64,000 nt of DNA. Origin: Tannerellaceae bacterium. GTDB lineage: Bacteria; Bacteroidota; Bacteroidia; Bacteroidales; CAMTPD01. The stretch spans positions 6,152 to 70,151 of the forward strand of contig JBOGCF010000008.1 of assembly GCA_051656605.1 (NCBI GenBank), given 5' to 3'. Of this stretch, positions 55,743-64,000 are shown one piece after another. The notes beneath the pieces are model-generated. The model did not search any database. It saw only the letters and a list, made by a program, of their open reading frames with translations, and had not been told where the DNA came from. The position numbers and the translations under genes are program-made. The stretch's first letter is position 1, and each line of letters opens with the position of its first letter.

Positions 55743-57101
55743 ATGACACTTATCAAATCTTACCTCTCGATCGTCGAATTCGTTAAGCGTATATTCGATC
55801 TTCATCAAGATAAAGATGACGAGCAAGCAACAATAGAAAGTATCTACAAAGGTGTTGAGTTTAAAGGTCCAAACTTGTGGGTCTTGATCTTTGCTACGTT
55901 TATTGCCTCGCTTGGCCTCAATACCAATTCGACAGCCGTTATTATCGGTGCCATGTTGATCTCACCACTGATGGGACCTATCATGGGATTCGGTCTTGGG
56001 CTGGGAATTAATGATATTGACTTGATCAAGAAATCGGCTAAGAACTATGCCATTGCTACGTTGTTTAGTGTGCTTACCTCGACAATCTACTTCTTGCTAT
56101 CACCATTGAGTGAAGCGCAGTCGGAGTTATTAGCTCGTACGCAACCTACAATATATGACGTACTCATCGCATTGTTTGGTGGTTTGGCCGGTATCGTAGC
56201 CAGCTCTACAAAGCTCAAAGGGAATGTGATTCCGGGTGTTGCCATTGCGACAGCCTTGATGCCTCCTTTGTGTACGGCCGGTTTCGGATTGGCAACGGGC
56301 AATCTCTTTTATTTCTTTGGTGCCTTCTATTTATACTTTATCAATACGGTATTTATTAGTTTATCGACCCTGATCGTAGTACGCTTACTGCGTTTTTCTA
56401 AGATATCCATGATTGATAAAATAAAGGAGAAACGGGTAGCACGTTATATCGGCGTCATTGTATTCTTTACCATTGTTCCCAGTCTTTTCTTGAGTTATAA
56501 TATGATCCGTACATCTTTCTTAAACTCACAAGTTTCGAACTATGTAGCAAAAGAATTAGACTTTCCCGGTACACAGATCATCAGTAAGAAAGTGCTTTTC
56601 AATGGTAATGACAAAGAGCTGAAGGTTGTATTGGTAGGAGATAAAGTACCCGAAATGGCGATCGACGTAGCAAAACAAAAGCTCAAAGACTATGGTCTTG
56701 GTAACATGACACTTGCGGTGCAACAAGGTTTCTCTGGCCCCGATACGGATATCAACGAATTGAAGTCGATGGTATTGACCGACCTTTACAAATCGGGTGA
56801 GCAAACCATCCAACAAAAAGATCAGATGATCGACTCACTGCAACGCAGTCTCGAGTCGTATCGTACAGTATCAGAATTGAGCTTTTCGTTAGCACCGGAG
56901 ATGAAGGTCTTGTTTCCTTCGGTACAAGATGTTTCGATCAATAAATCGGAAATCGTAAATTTGAAGACTCAACAAGCCGATACTTTAATCCTCGTTTACT
57001 TAAAGGTAGAAGGACGTATGGACGAAGCTCAACGTGAGAAGATCAAAGAGTGGCTGTCGGCACGAACAGAAGTTAGTAATGTGAAATTAATTATAGAATA
57101 A
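55743..57101 (+). CDS. DUF389-family membrane protein with soluble C-terminal domain
   Basis: 452 aa with the glycine-rich TM core IGAMLISPLMGPIMGFGLGLG typical of DUF389/TIGR00341-like proteins as I recall it. Confidence 0.7.
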   Translation: MTLIKSYLSIVEFVKRIFDLHQDKDDEQATIESIYKGVEFKGPNLWVLIFATFIASLGLNTNSTAVIIGAMLISPLMGPIMGFGLGLGINDIDLIKKSAKNYAIATLFSVLTSTIYFLLSPLSEAQSELLARTQPTIYDVLIALFGGLAGIVASSTKLKGNVIPGVAIATALMPPLCTAGFGLATGNLFYFFGAFYLYFINTVFISLSTLIVVRLLRFSKISMIDKIKEKRVARYIGVIVFFTIVPSLFLSYNMIRTSFLNSQVSNYVAKELDFPGTQIISKKVLFNGNDKELKVVLVGDKVPEMAIDVAKQKLKDYGLGNMTLAVQQGFSGPDTDINELKSMVLTDLYKSGEQTIQQKDQMIDSLQRSLESYRTVSELSFSLAPEMKVLFPSVQDVSINKSEIVNLKTQQADTLILVYLKVEGRMDEAQREKIKEWLSARTEVSNVKLIIE

Positions 57102-57110
57102 CACAACAAG

Positions 57111-59249
57111 ATGAAGTATTTTAAAAGTTTATGGTTGGCCGGTGCGATGGCACTGGCAGCTCAAGGAGCTTATGCAGACGAGGGGATGTATTTGCTCAAT
57201 GAGCTAAACAAGAAGAATCTAGAGCAAATGAAAGCACTCGGATTCACCTTGCCTTATGACAGTCTTTATAGCACAACAAGTCCGTCGGTAAGCGACGCAG
57301 TTGTTATATTCGGTGGCGGATGTACCGGTATTGCTGTATCAGATCAAGGGTTGATCTTTACCAATCACCACTGTGGTTACGGAGCCATTCAATCAAAAAG
57401 CTCGGTAGAACACGACTACCTGAAAGACGGTTTCGTATCACAATCAATGGAACAAGAGATTCCGATCGAAGGATTGGAAGTTCGCTTTTTGAAGAACACG
57501 ATAGACGTTACCGATCGCATCATGGGCGAGGTAAAGTCGACCACAGACGAGTTTACTCGCATGACGAAAGCAGACTCTGTGATGACAGTGATCAGCGACT
57601 CACTTTCGAAGAAGCCATTTGTACAAGCAGAAGTATATTCATATTACGCAAACAACAAATACTACGTTCAAGTATACGAAGTGTTTAAAGACGTGCGTAT
57701 GGTATTCGCGCCACCTTCATCGGTAGGTAAGTTTGGTGGAGACACCGACAACTGGATGTGGCCACGTCACACGGGCGACTTCTCAGTATTCCGCGTATAT
57801 GCCGATGCAAGCAATCAGCCGGCCGAGTTTAGCAAAGACAACAAACCTTACAAGCCAAACTATGTACCGGAAGTGTCGTTGAAAGGATACGAAGAAAACG
57901 ACTACGCAATGACGATCGGTTTCCCGGGTAGCACACAACGTTACCTATCTTCATGGGGTGTGCAACAACGCATCGACGACTCTAACAAACCGCGTATCGA
58001 GGTAAGAGGAGAGAAGCAAGACATCTGGAAAGAAGCCATGCGTGCCGACGATGCTACGCGCATCAAGTATGCTTCGAAGTATGCAGGTAGCTCAAACTAC
58101 TGGAAAAACTCGATCGGTATGAACAAAGGTCTTGCACGTCTTGGCGTAATCGAACGCAAACAAGATATCGAAAAGAACTTCAATACTTGGGTAAATGCAG
58201 ATCCTGCACGTAAAGAACTTTACGGAGAAGTATTGCCATTGCTAGAGAAAGGATACACCGGAAGCGACTCGCTACGCGAAGCAGCAACTTACTTGAGCGA
58301 AACAATGATTTCAGGTTGTGAGTTGGTACGTATTGCAAGAGCGGTAGAAAGCCTTGACGACAAACAAGCAAACGCACAAGTACTTGAAGACGCACAAACC
58401 GTATTGGCTCCGATCTTCAAAGACTACGAACCTACGTTGGATAAGAAAACCATGGTACGTATGATGGAGTTGTGCGCTAAACGTGTTCCTGCTCAGTATC
58501 AGCCGGAGATTTTCCCTTCAATCATGAAGAAATACAAAGGCGACTTTGCAAAATATGTAGACCATGTGTTTGCTAAAACAAAGCTTACATCGTTGGCTAG
58601 CATCGAAAAAGAACTAAGCTCTAAAGACGGAATCAAGAAATTGCAAAAAGACCCTGCTGTAGAGTTGTCAAACTCAGTGATGATGGCTTACTATGCATTG
58701 CAACAAGATCTTGCCGGTTATGCTTACGACATCGAGAAAGGCGAGCGTTTGTTCCTTGCCGGTTTGATGCAGATGTATCCTGACCGTATTTTCTACTCAG
58801 ACGCAAACTTCACCATGCGTTTAAGCTACGGCTCTATCAAAGGTTACATTCCTTTCGACGCGGCAGAGTATGCATACTTTACAACCAGCAAAGGGATCTT
58901 GGAAAAACAAAACCCTGAAGATGATGAGTTCTTCGTACAACCCGAAATTCTTGAGCTTATCCGCAAAGAAGACTTTGGTCAGTACGCTAACAAGAACGGC
59001 GATTTGAACATTGCATTCATCTCAAATAACGACATCACCGGTGGTAACTCAGGTAGCCCTGTATTCGATGGCAACGGTCGCTTGATCGGTCTTGCTTTCG
59101 ACGGCAACTGGGAAGCAATGAGTGGCGATATCGCATTTGAGCCTGCATTGCAACGCACGATTAGTGTAGACATCCGCTATGTATTGTTTATGATCGATCG
59201 TTGGGGCAAATGTCCTCGCCTTGTAAACGAGTTGAAACTTTACAAGTAA
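57111..59249 (+). CDS. S46-family dipeptidyl-peptidase (DPP7/DPP11-like)
   Basis: 712 aa with a signal peptide, the catalytic His region TNHHCGYG and the Ser motif GGNSGSPV near the C-terminus. Confidence 0.9.
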   Translation: MKYFKSLWLAGAMALAAQGAYADEGMYLLNELNKKNLEQMKALGFTLPYDSLYSTTSPSVSDAVVIFGGGCTGIAVSDQGLIFTNHHCGYGAIQSKSSVEHDYLKDGFVSQSMEQEIPIEGLEVRFLKNTIDVTDRIMGEVKSTTDEFTRMTKADSVMTVISDSLSKKPFVQAEVYSYYANNKYYVQVYEVFKDVRMVFAPPSSVGKFGGDTDNWMWPRHTGDFSVFRVYADASNQPAEFSKDNKPYKPNYVPEVSLKGYEENDYAMTIGFPGSTQRYLSSWGVQQRIDDSNKPRIEVRGEKQDIWKEAMRADDATRIKYASKYAGSSNYWKNSIGMNKGLARLGVIERKQDIEKNFNTWVNADPARKELYGEVLPLLEKGYTGSDSLREAATYLSETMISGCELVRIARAVESLDDKQANAQVLEDAQTVLAPIFKDYEPTLDKKTMVRMMELCAKRVPAQYQPEIFPSIMKKYKGDFAKYVDHVFAKTKLTSLASIEKELSSKDGIKKLQKDPAVELSNSVMMAYYALQQDLAGYAYDIEKGERLFLAGLMQMYPDRIFYSDANFTMRLSYGSIKGYIPFDAAEYAYFTTSKGILEKQNPEDDEFFVQPEILELIRKEDFGQYANKNGDLNIAFISNNDITGGNSGSPVFDGNGRLIGLAFDGNWEAMSGDIAFEPALQRTISVDIRYVLFMIDRWGKCPRLVNELKLYK

Positions 59250-59270
59250 TACGATCTAGATATATCTATC

Positions 59271-59317
59271 AAAGCCCGAAGCTTGATCAAGATGATTATG
59301 CTTCGGGCTTTTCTTTT
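59271..59317 (+). terminator. Intrinsic terminator after the S46 peptidase gene
   Basis: aaagcccgaagc (59271-59282) pairs with gcttcgggcttt (59300-59311), followed by a T-rich run. Confidence 0.8.
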
Positions 59318-59338
59318 ACAACGCTTTATAACTTTCAT

Positions 59339-60217
59339 ATGCAGCAAATATACATTCACGGCGGACTTGGGAATCAGATGTTTCAATATGCTTTCTATCT
59401 ATACTTGAAGCAACACATGACTTCATCGAAAACGCTTTCGCTCGATACCTCAAACTTTCTTTTGTTTCCGCAGCACAACGGCTACGAACTTGATCGCATC
59501 TTTGGTATAGAGGGTACTGTGCCTTTGTCGTTTCGAAATATCGCACGAATAGGGAAATGGTTCAATTGGAGTGTTTACCGAACCGAACGTAAATACCTCA
59601 AGTATTTGCGCAAAAGATATGGGTTGATTCGTGAGAAAACAGAATTTGGGTACGATGCTTCTATGGTCGATCAGTCGGGCTGCTTTGTGGGGTATTGGCA
59701 GCATCACGATTATTTGGATTCGATTCGGGAGGAATTGCAGCATGTGTTTGTATTTCCGGATTTGACGGATGCGCGAGATCTCGATATGGCTTGCTTGATG
59801 GAGCAAAGTAATTCGGTGAGTATCCACATTCGCAGGGGCGACTATCTGCTGAGTAAGAACAGCGCATTGCATGTAATCAAAGGGCTCGATTATTATCATC
59901 ATGCTATCGAACGCATGCGTAGACTGGTAGATAATCCTACTTTCTTTATTTTCTCCGACGATCCCGAATGGGTGAAAGAGAATCTGTCATTAGATCAAGC
60001 TCATTATATCAACTGGCACAAGCAAGATACGAGTTATATCGACATGCAACTGATGTCGTTGTGTAAGCATAATATCATAGCTAATAGTACGTTTAGTTTT
60101 TGGGGTGCTTGGCTCAATGCAAATAAAGGTAAGGTGGTGATGGCTCCACAGTTCTGGTACGATCGTGTCGAAACACAAAGTCTTGTACCACACGATTGGC
60201 AGATCATTGCTTTATAA
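59339..60217 (+). CDS. GT11-family alpha-1,2-fucosyltransferase
   Basis: Start trimmed to MQQIYIHGGLGNQMFQYAF, the canonical GT11 N-terminus. Other motifs are SIHIRRGDY and SNSTFSFWGAWL. Confidence 0.85.
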   Translation: MQQIYIHGGLGNQMFQYAFYLYLKQHMTSSKTLSLDTSNFLLFPQHNGYELDRIFGIEGTVPLSFRNIARIGKWFNWSVYRTERKYLKYLRKRYGLIREKTEFGYDASMVDQSGCFVGYWQHHDYLDSIREELQHVFVFPDLTDARDLDMACLMEQSNSVSIHIRRGDYLLSKNSALHVIKGLDYYHHAIERMRRLVDNPTFFIFSDDPEWVKENLSLDQAHYINWHKQDTSYIDMQLMSLCKHNIIANSTFSFWGAWLNANKGKVVMAPQFWYDRVETQSLVPHDWQIIAL

Positions 60218-60310
60218 AGAAATCGACACTGTGATTTCTACTAAGATCCTTTTCTGCATTGAAGAAGATATCAGGATGCTTTGATTTAGCATCTTCTTGG
60301 TAATAACTAA

Positions 60311-60495
60311 GCCTTGCGTGGGCCCAGAACAGTCTTTGCGTGGGCCGTGGTTTGTCTTTGTGTGGGCCCAGAACAGTCTTTGTGTGCGACGTGGTTCGTC
60401 TTTGCGCCGAGGCCCGCAAAGACTGTACCCCATGGGCTTCCGTCTTTGTGCCCCGGGGCACAAGGCTTATTTGTTGTAAGGTTTGTCTTTATCGG
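60311..60495. repeat. GC-rich degenerate tandem array with 22-bp phase
   Basis: GTCTTTG at 60332, 60354, 60376, 60398, 60442 and 60485 (spacings 22, 22, 22, 44, 43), with the variant GCCTTG at 60311. It contains a 9-bp stem gtctttgcg/cgcaaagac (60398-60423) and the 14-bp palindrome gtgccccggggcac (60448-60461). Confidence 0.85.
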
Positions 60496-60498
60496 ATA

Positions 60499-60553
60499 CA
60501 AAAAAAGGAGTTGTCACACTCGAAACTTGCGTTTCTTGTATGACAACTCCTTT
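60499..60553 (-). terminator. Intrinsic terminator after the DEAD-box helicase gene
   Basis: aaaggagttgtca (60504-60516) pairs with tgacaactccttt (60541-60553). On the minus strand it is followed by TTTTTTTG. Confidence 0.8.
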
Positions 60554-60577
60554 AGGTATGATAGATAAATCAGATGA

Positions 60578-62428
60578 TTAGTATCTGTTTCTTCCTTCAC
60601 GTTTGTTGCTACGGCTATATTCTTTGAATTCGCCAGAAGATTTACGATCTCTGCGGTAACCACCTTCAGATGATCTACGTCCGCCGTCAGAAGATCTGCG
60701 ACCGAAGTCACGACCACCACGACCGCCTTCAGAAGATCTGCGACCAAAGTCACGTCCGCCACGTCCACCACGACCACCTTCTCTAGAACCGCCTGCTTTA
60801 TCGTCAGCGATTTCTACAGAGATACGTTTGCCGTAAAGTTCAGTACCTGTAAGTGATTGCGAAACTTTAGCAGCTTCGTTCTCTTCAACCTCGAAGAACG
60901 AGAAGCTCTTCATCAAGTCGATCTTACCGATTCTTACTTTACCAGGGATGTGAATGTTTACAAGTTCGATCAAGTTGTTTGGCATGAAACCATCCATACG
61001 ACCTACGTTTACAAACATACGTTTGAAGCCCGGAGTAGTAACACGGCCACCACGTTCGCCTCTTTCACCGCGTTCGCCACGCTCTCCGCGAGGACGATCT
61101 GCAAGTGTTTCGATTTCTTTCGCTTCTGCGTAATATTTGAAGATACGAGTAAACTCAAGCGTCATAACGCGTTTGATGATATCTTCTTTTTCCAACCAGT
61201 CTAACTTGCGGAATACTGCAGGAAGGAATGTCTCGATTTGAGTTTCGTCTACTTCTGCCTTTTCGATACGGTCTACAAGGCTTAGTAGTTGTTTCTCTGT
61301 AATCTCGTTTGCCGAAGGAATAACTCCCGGTTCGAACTTCTTGTTGATGATACGTTCGATCTCACGGATTTTACCTTTTTCACGCAAGTGAATGATCGCG
61401 ATAGAAGTACCCGAACGACCTGCACGACCTGTACGACCGCTTCGGTGTGTGTACGATTCTACGTCATCTGGCAAACCGTAGTTGATTACGTGTGTAAGCG
61501 AGTCTACGTCAAGACCACGAGCAGCTACGTCTGTAGCAACAAGTAGTTGGATGTTTTTAACACGGAACTTCTGCATTACGTAGTCACGTTGAGCTTGAGA
61601 AAGTTCGCCGTGTAGTGCATCTGCATTGTAACCGTCTTGGATCAATTGGTCTGCAATTTCTTGAGTCTCTTTACGAGTACGACAGAAAATGATACCGTAG
61701 ATATTTGGGTTATAGTCGGCAATACGCTTAAGAGCAAGGTACTTGTCTCTTGCGTGTACCATATACGATACGTGTTTTACGTTTTTAGAGCCTTCGTTTT
61801 TGTTACCAACAACGATCTCTTTTGGGTTGTTCATGTATTGTTTTGTAATGCGAGCAATACCTTGAGGCATTGTTGCAGAGAACAATAACATGTTGCGTGA
61901 AGTTGGAACTTCAGCAAGGATAGCGTTGATGCTGTCTGTGAAGCCCATGTTTAGCATTTCGTCTGCTTCGTCCATTACCACGCTGCGTACACCTTCCATG
62001 TTTACAACCTTACGGTTCATAAGGTCGATAAGACGACCAGGAGTAGCTACGATGATATGTACACCACGCTTCAACGCTCTGATTTGTGTATCAATGCTTG
62101 AACCTCCGTATACCGGAAGAACCTTTAGGTGGTCGATATATTTAGAGTAATCGTTTAGATCGTCTGCGATTTGCAAACATAGTTCGCGTGTTGGGCATAG
62201 AATAAGAGCCTGAGGCTGTACGTTTGAAACGTCTATTTTTTGTAGTACAGGAAGACCGAAAGCGGCTGTTTTACCTGTTCCTGTTTGTGCTAAAGCAATA
62301 ACGTCGTTGTCTTCGCCTAATAAGTAAGGAATTACTTCTGCTTGTACTGGCATAGGATTCTCATATCCCATCTCTTGAATTGCCTTTAGTATTGGCGCGG
62401 CAACTCCTAATTCTTCAAATGTTTTCAA
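60578..62428 (-). CDS. DEAD-box ATP-dependent RNA helicase with DbpA-type RNA-binding domain and Arg/Gly/Ser-rich tail
   Basis: 616 aa with the Q motif, AQTGTGKT, DEAD (VMDEAD), SAT and HRSGRTGRAG. It also has (ERG)4, an RRM-like DbpA domain and a C-terminal GGRGGRDFGRRSSEGG repeat. Confidence 0.93.
   Translation of the reverse strand: MKTFEELGVAAPILKAIQEMGYENPMPVQAEVIPYLLGEDNDVIALAQTGTGKTAAFGLPVLQKIDVSNVQPQALILCPTRELCLQIADDLNDYSKYIDHLKVLPVYGGSSIDTQIRALKRGVHIIVATPGRLIDLMNRKVVNMEGVRSVVMDEADEMLNMGFTDSINAILAEVPTSRNMLLFSATMPQGIARITKQYMNNPKEIVVGNKNEGSKNVKHVSYMVHARDKYLALKRIADYNPNIYGIIFCRTRKETQEIADQLIQDGYNADALHGELSQAQRDYVMQKFRVKNIQLLVATDVAARGLDVDSLTHVINYGLPDDVESYTHRSGRTGRAGRSGTSIAIIHLREKGKIREIERIINKKFEPGVIPSANEITEKQLLSLVDRIEKAEVDETQIETFLPAVFRKLDWLEKEDIIKRVMTLEFTRIFKYYAEAKEIETLADRPRGERGERGERGERGGRVTTPGFKRMFVNVGRMDGFMPNNLIELVNIHIPGKVRIGKIDLMKSFSFFEVEENEAAKVSQSLTGTELYGKRISVEIADDKAGGSREGGRGGRGGRDFGRRSSEGGRGGRDFGRRSSDGGRRSSEGGYRRDRKSSGEFKEYSRSNKREGRNRY
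60667..60772 (-). repeat. In-frame 42-bp tandem repeat encoding the RGG/RS tail of the helicase
   Basis: cagaagatctgcgacc(g/a)aagtcacg... starts at 60688 and 60730, with a partial copy at 60667. It encodes GGRGGRDFGRRSSE twice plus a partial copy. Confidence 0.8.
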
Positions 62429-62499
62429 AATAATTGTATGTAATTATATGTATATATAATGCGAGCATCAAAGGTAGCTATTCGTATTTGAAAACGGAT

Positions 62500-63555
62500 T
62501 TAGTTTAATAATAGCTCTCTGAGTTTTGCTCTTTTTCTCGAATCTAGATTCATTTTCTTCTCAAGATAGTTGTTGACGGATCCGTAATCTCGTTTGATCG
62601 CATTGAATACGATGTTGAGATTAGCCTCGTTGCAAGAAACCAACGTTGATATTGTTTCTTGTGCTTCGAGATCGAGCTCGTTCAGAAGCTCTTGCGGAAA
62701 GGAAAACTTCATATATTGATTAGAAGAAATATAATCTTCGCGGATAGTTTGGTTCGGCATATCCAACGCTGCCATCAAAAAGGCAACTAAAAAGCCGACG
62801 CGATCTTTTCCAAGTGTGCATGTATAAAGAATCGGATAATTATCGGGATCTGCAGCAACTTCGATCGCTTTACCAAACTCTTCAGACAAGGAGTCCATGA
62901 AACATAAATAGGTATCCTGTATTAGGATATTAGCATCTCCACGACGTAATTTGCGTTTCTTGATGCGATGTAGTACATCGCTACTGCTTACGGCAGTAAT
63001 CGGAATGCGCACGATTTGGGCGCTGTCGTAGATGAGGGCATTTGTAAAGAAGTCTTCATCATCCCTTAAGTCTACGATGGTTTTAATGCCTAGTCGTTGA
63101 AGGCGCCTGTTATCAATCTCGCAAGGGGTTCCTACTTGCCCGGAGCGATAGATCTTTCCCCATTTCAATTGTTTGTCACCTTTGTTTTTGTATCCGCCAA
63201 TGTCTCTGAAATTCACAATGTTTTCCATAAGAACATATCTGTTTGATACAATTTCGGTGTGACCGTTGTCGAATCGAAGAAGGAAGTACCGACGAGAGGT
63301 ATTGTCTTTTGTAATGTATGTAGATACTCCGTTTTCTACATCGGTTACAATAGCCGGCTTCTCGAGATTGAAATGATTTGGAGTAGATGATACGAAGATC
63401 GCTACATTTCCTTTTATGGCAGGAAACGTTTCCCACTTTACAAGGTAGTTTCCAATATTATCACGGCTACAAGCTGTGCGCACCTCAAAAGAAGGTTCGG
63501 AGCAGCTACATAATACAACCGTCAGAATCAGGAAATATAGGATACGTCTTATCAT
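62500..63555 (-). CDS. Lipoprotein with protein-tyrosine/dual-specificity phosphatase-like domain
   Basis: Start trimmed to MIRRILYFLILTVVLCSC (lipobox). It has the CX5R catalytic loop CTLGKDRVG. Confidence 0.7.
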   Translation of the reverse strand: MIRRILYFLILTVVLCSCSEPSFEVRTACSRDNIGNYLVKWETFPAIKGNVAIFVSSTPNHFNLEKPAIVTDVENGVSTYITKDNTSRRYFLLRFDNGHTEIVSNRYVLMENIVNFRDIGGYKNKGDKQLKWGKIYRSGQVGTPCEIDNRRLQRLGIKTIVDLRDDEDFFTNALIYDSAQIVRIPITAVSSSDVLHRIKKRKLRRGDANILIQDTYLCFMDSLSEEFGKAIEVAADPDNYPILYTCTLGKDRVGFLVAFLMAALDMPNQTIREDYISSNQYMKFSFPQELLNELDLEAQETISTLVSCNEANLNIVFNAIKRDYGSVNNYLEKKMNLDSRKRAKLRELLLN

Positions 63556-63623
63556 ACTAAAGAAAAACCTTTCGTACAAAAGTAGTCAAACTCTATTGAT
63601 GTTAGTGCCTTTCTTGAAAATAT

Positions 63624-64000
63624 TTAACGGATGTTCTTATATTCCTCTGCAAATGAGTTGGAAATATAGTTCTCATAACTTTTGCAAACTTCCGTTGATA
63701 GGTCTGTAGCTATTTTTATGATCTTATCCCAGTCTTGTTCCTGTAGATATTGAATATCGCGCAGTCCGATGTTGTTCTTGATAAGTCCATAGATGATGCC
63801 GGCATTGAATGTATCGCCTGCTCCGATCGATGAAACGGTTTCGATGGGTTCTACATCGTATTGCTTGGTGATGTATCCGTTGTAGAGCTTTACACCTTTA
63901 CTTCCTGAAGTACAGATGCAGTTACGGCAATAGAAGCGGATGTTTCCTTCATATACGGCTTTCGATTCGTCGCAGCCGTAGATGTTGACAAAGTCTTCGG
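63624..64000 (-). CDS. PfkB-family carbohydrate kinase (N-terminus runs off the right edge)
   Basis: Hand translation of the minus strand gives ...SIGAGDTFNAGIIYGL...EEYKNIR*, with the stop at 63624-63626. GAGDTF is the PfkB signature 2. It is absent from the ORF track because the start lies outside the window. Confidence 0.75.
   Translation of the reverse strand, partial: EDFVNIYGCDESKAVYEGNIRFYCRNCICTSGSKGVKLYNGYITKQYDVEPIETVSSIGAGDTFNAGIIYGLIKNNIGLRDIQYLQEQDWDKIIKIATDLSTEVCKSYENYISNSFAEEYKNIR

Noticed and set aside
60311-60495. Possible CRISPR array.
   Set aside because: The units are contiguous 22-bp degenerate repeats with no unique spacers. Repeat length is too short, and there are no cas genes anywhere in the window.
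60204-60568. Six overlapping track ORFs of 60-85 aa on both strands, with reiterated peptides such as PRRTQRLFWAH and QSLRGPWFVFVWAQ.
   Set aside because: They lie wholly in the GC-rich 22-bp tandem array. All six frames are open simply because the repeat lacks stop codons. A 22-bp period is not a multiple of 3. There is no start context or RBS, and the ORFs mutually overlap. I treat them as non-coding repeat.
1-64000. Search for tRNA, rRNA, tmRNA, RNase P RNA, integrases or transposases, restriction-modification systems, toxin-antitoxin systems and other defence cassettes.
   Set aside because: I saw no T-loop/acceptor-like tRNA structures or conserved RNase P/tmRNA strings in the intergenic regions. 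Every ORF over 100 aa that is not a shadow has a housekeeping or transport/glycan assignment or is a lone hypothetical membrane protein. There is no sequence evidence for a novel multi-gene protein system.

Overview
This 64-kb segment looks like core chromosome of a Bacteroidota (Bacteroidales-type) organism. The evidence is a SusC/SusD pair, TAnnTTTG -7 promoter boxes in front of many genes, the DUF4271-hemD-rnpA-yidD-tatD and dtd-mazG-deoC gene orders, and about 40% GC by eye.

I call 49 protein-coding genes, two of them cut by the window edges. Almost all are housekeeping:
- DNA replication and repair: polA, mutS, uvrC, ruvB, and an AlkD-like alkylation repair protein.
- Translation and RNA: leuS, dtd, mnmG, ybeY, rnpA, a TrmH-family methylase, and a DEAD-box helicase.
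- NAD synthesis: nadA and nadB.
- Other metabolism and stress: lpdA, rubrerythrin, ychF, adenine deaminase.
- Transporters: SulP, MATE, YitT, and a SpmA/B-like protein.
- Glycan genes: a 3-gene SusC/SusD/NanS-like module, a GH109-like enzyme, and an orphan GT11 fucosyltransferase.

I found no rRNA, tRNA, CRISPR array, integrase or transposase, and no recognisable defence, toxin or secretion cassette. I therefore do not think a novel multi-gene protein system is present.

The unexplained signal is non-coding:
1. A promoter box plus intrinsic terminator antisense to the susC start, which could be a DonS-like cis-antisense sRNA.
2. Three gene-free tracts with degenerate tandem arrays of about 22 bp phase and palindromic units (26.45-26.71 kb, 42.59-42.71 kb, 60.31-60.50 kb). 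Two of them share an exact 11-mer.
3. A sharp switch in gene orientation at a 629-bp AT-rich gap beside mnmG, and a nearby cluster of DnaA-box-like TTATCAACA sites. Together these suggest a replication origin.
4. Nested direct and inverted repeats upstream of nadB, and a long inverted repeat upstream of nadA.

All coordinates of hairpins and motifs were indexed by hand and may be off by 1-2 nt. All functional calls rest on my recognition of translated motifs, not on database searches.
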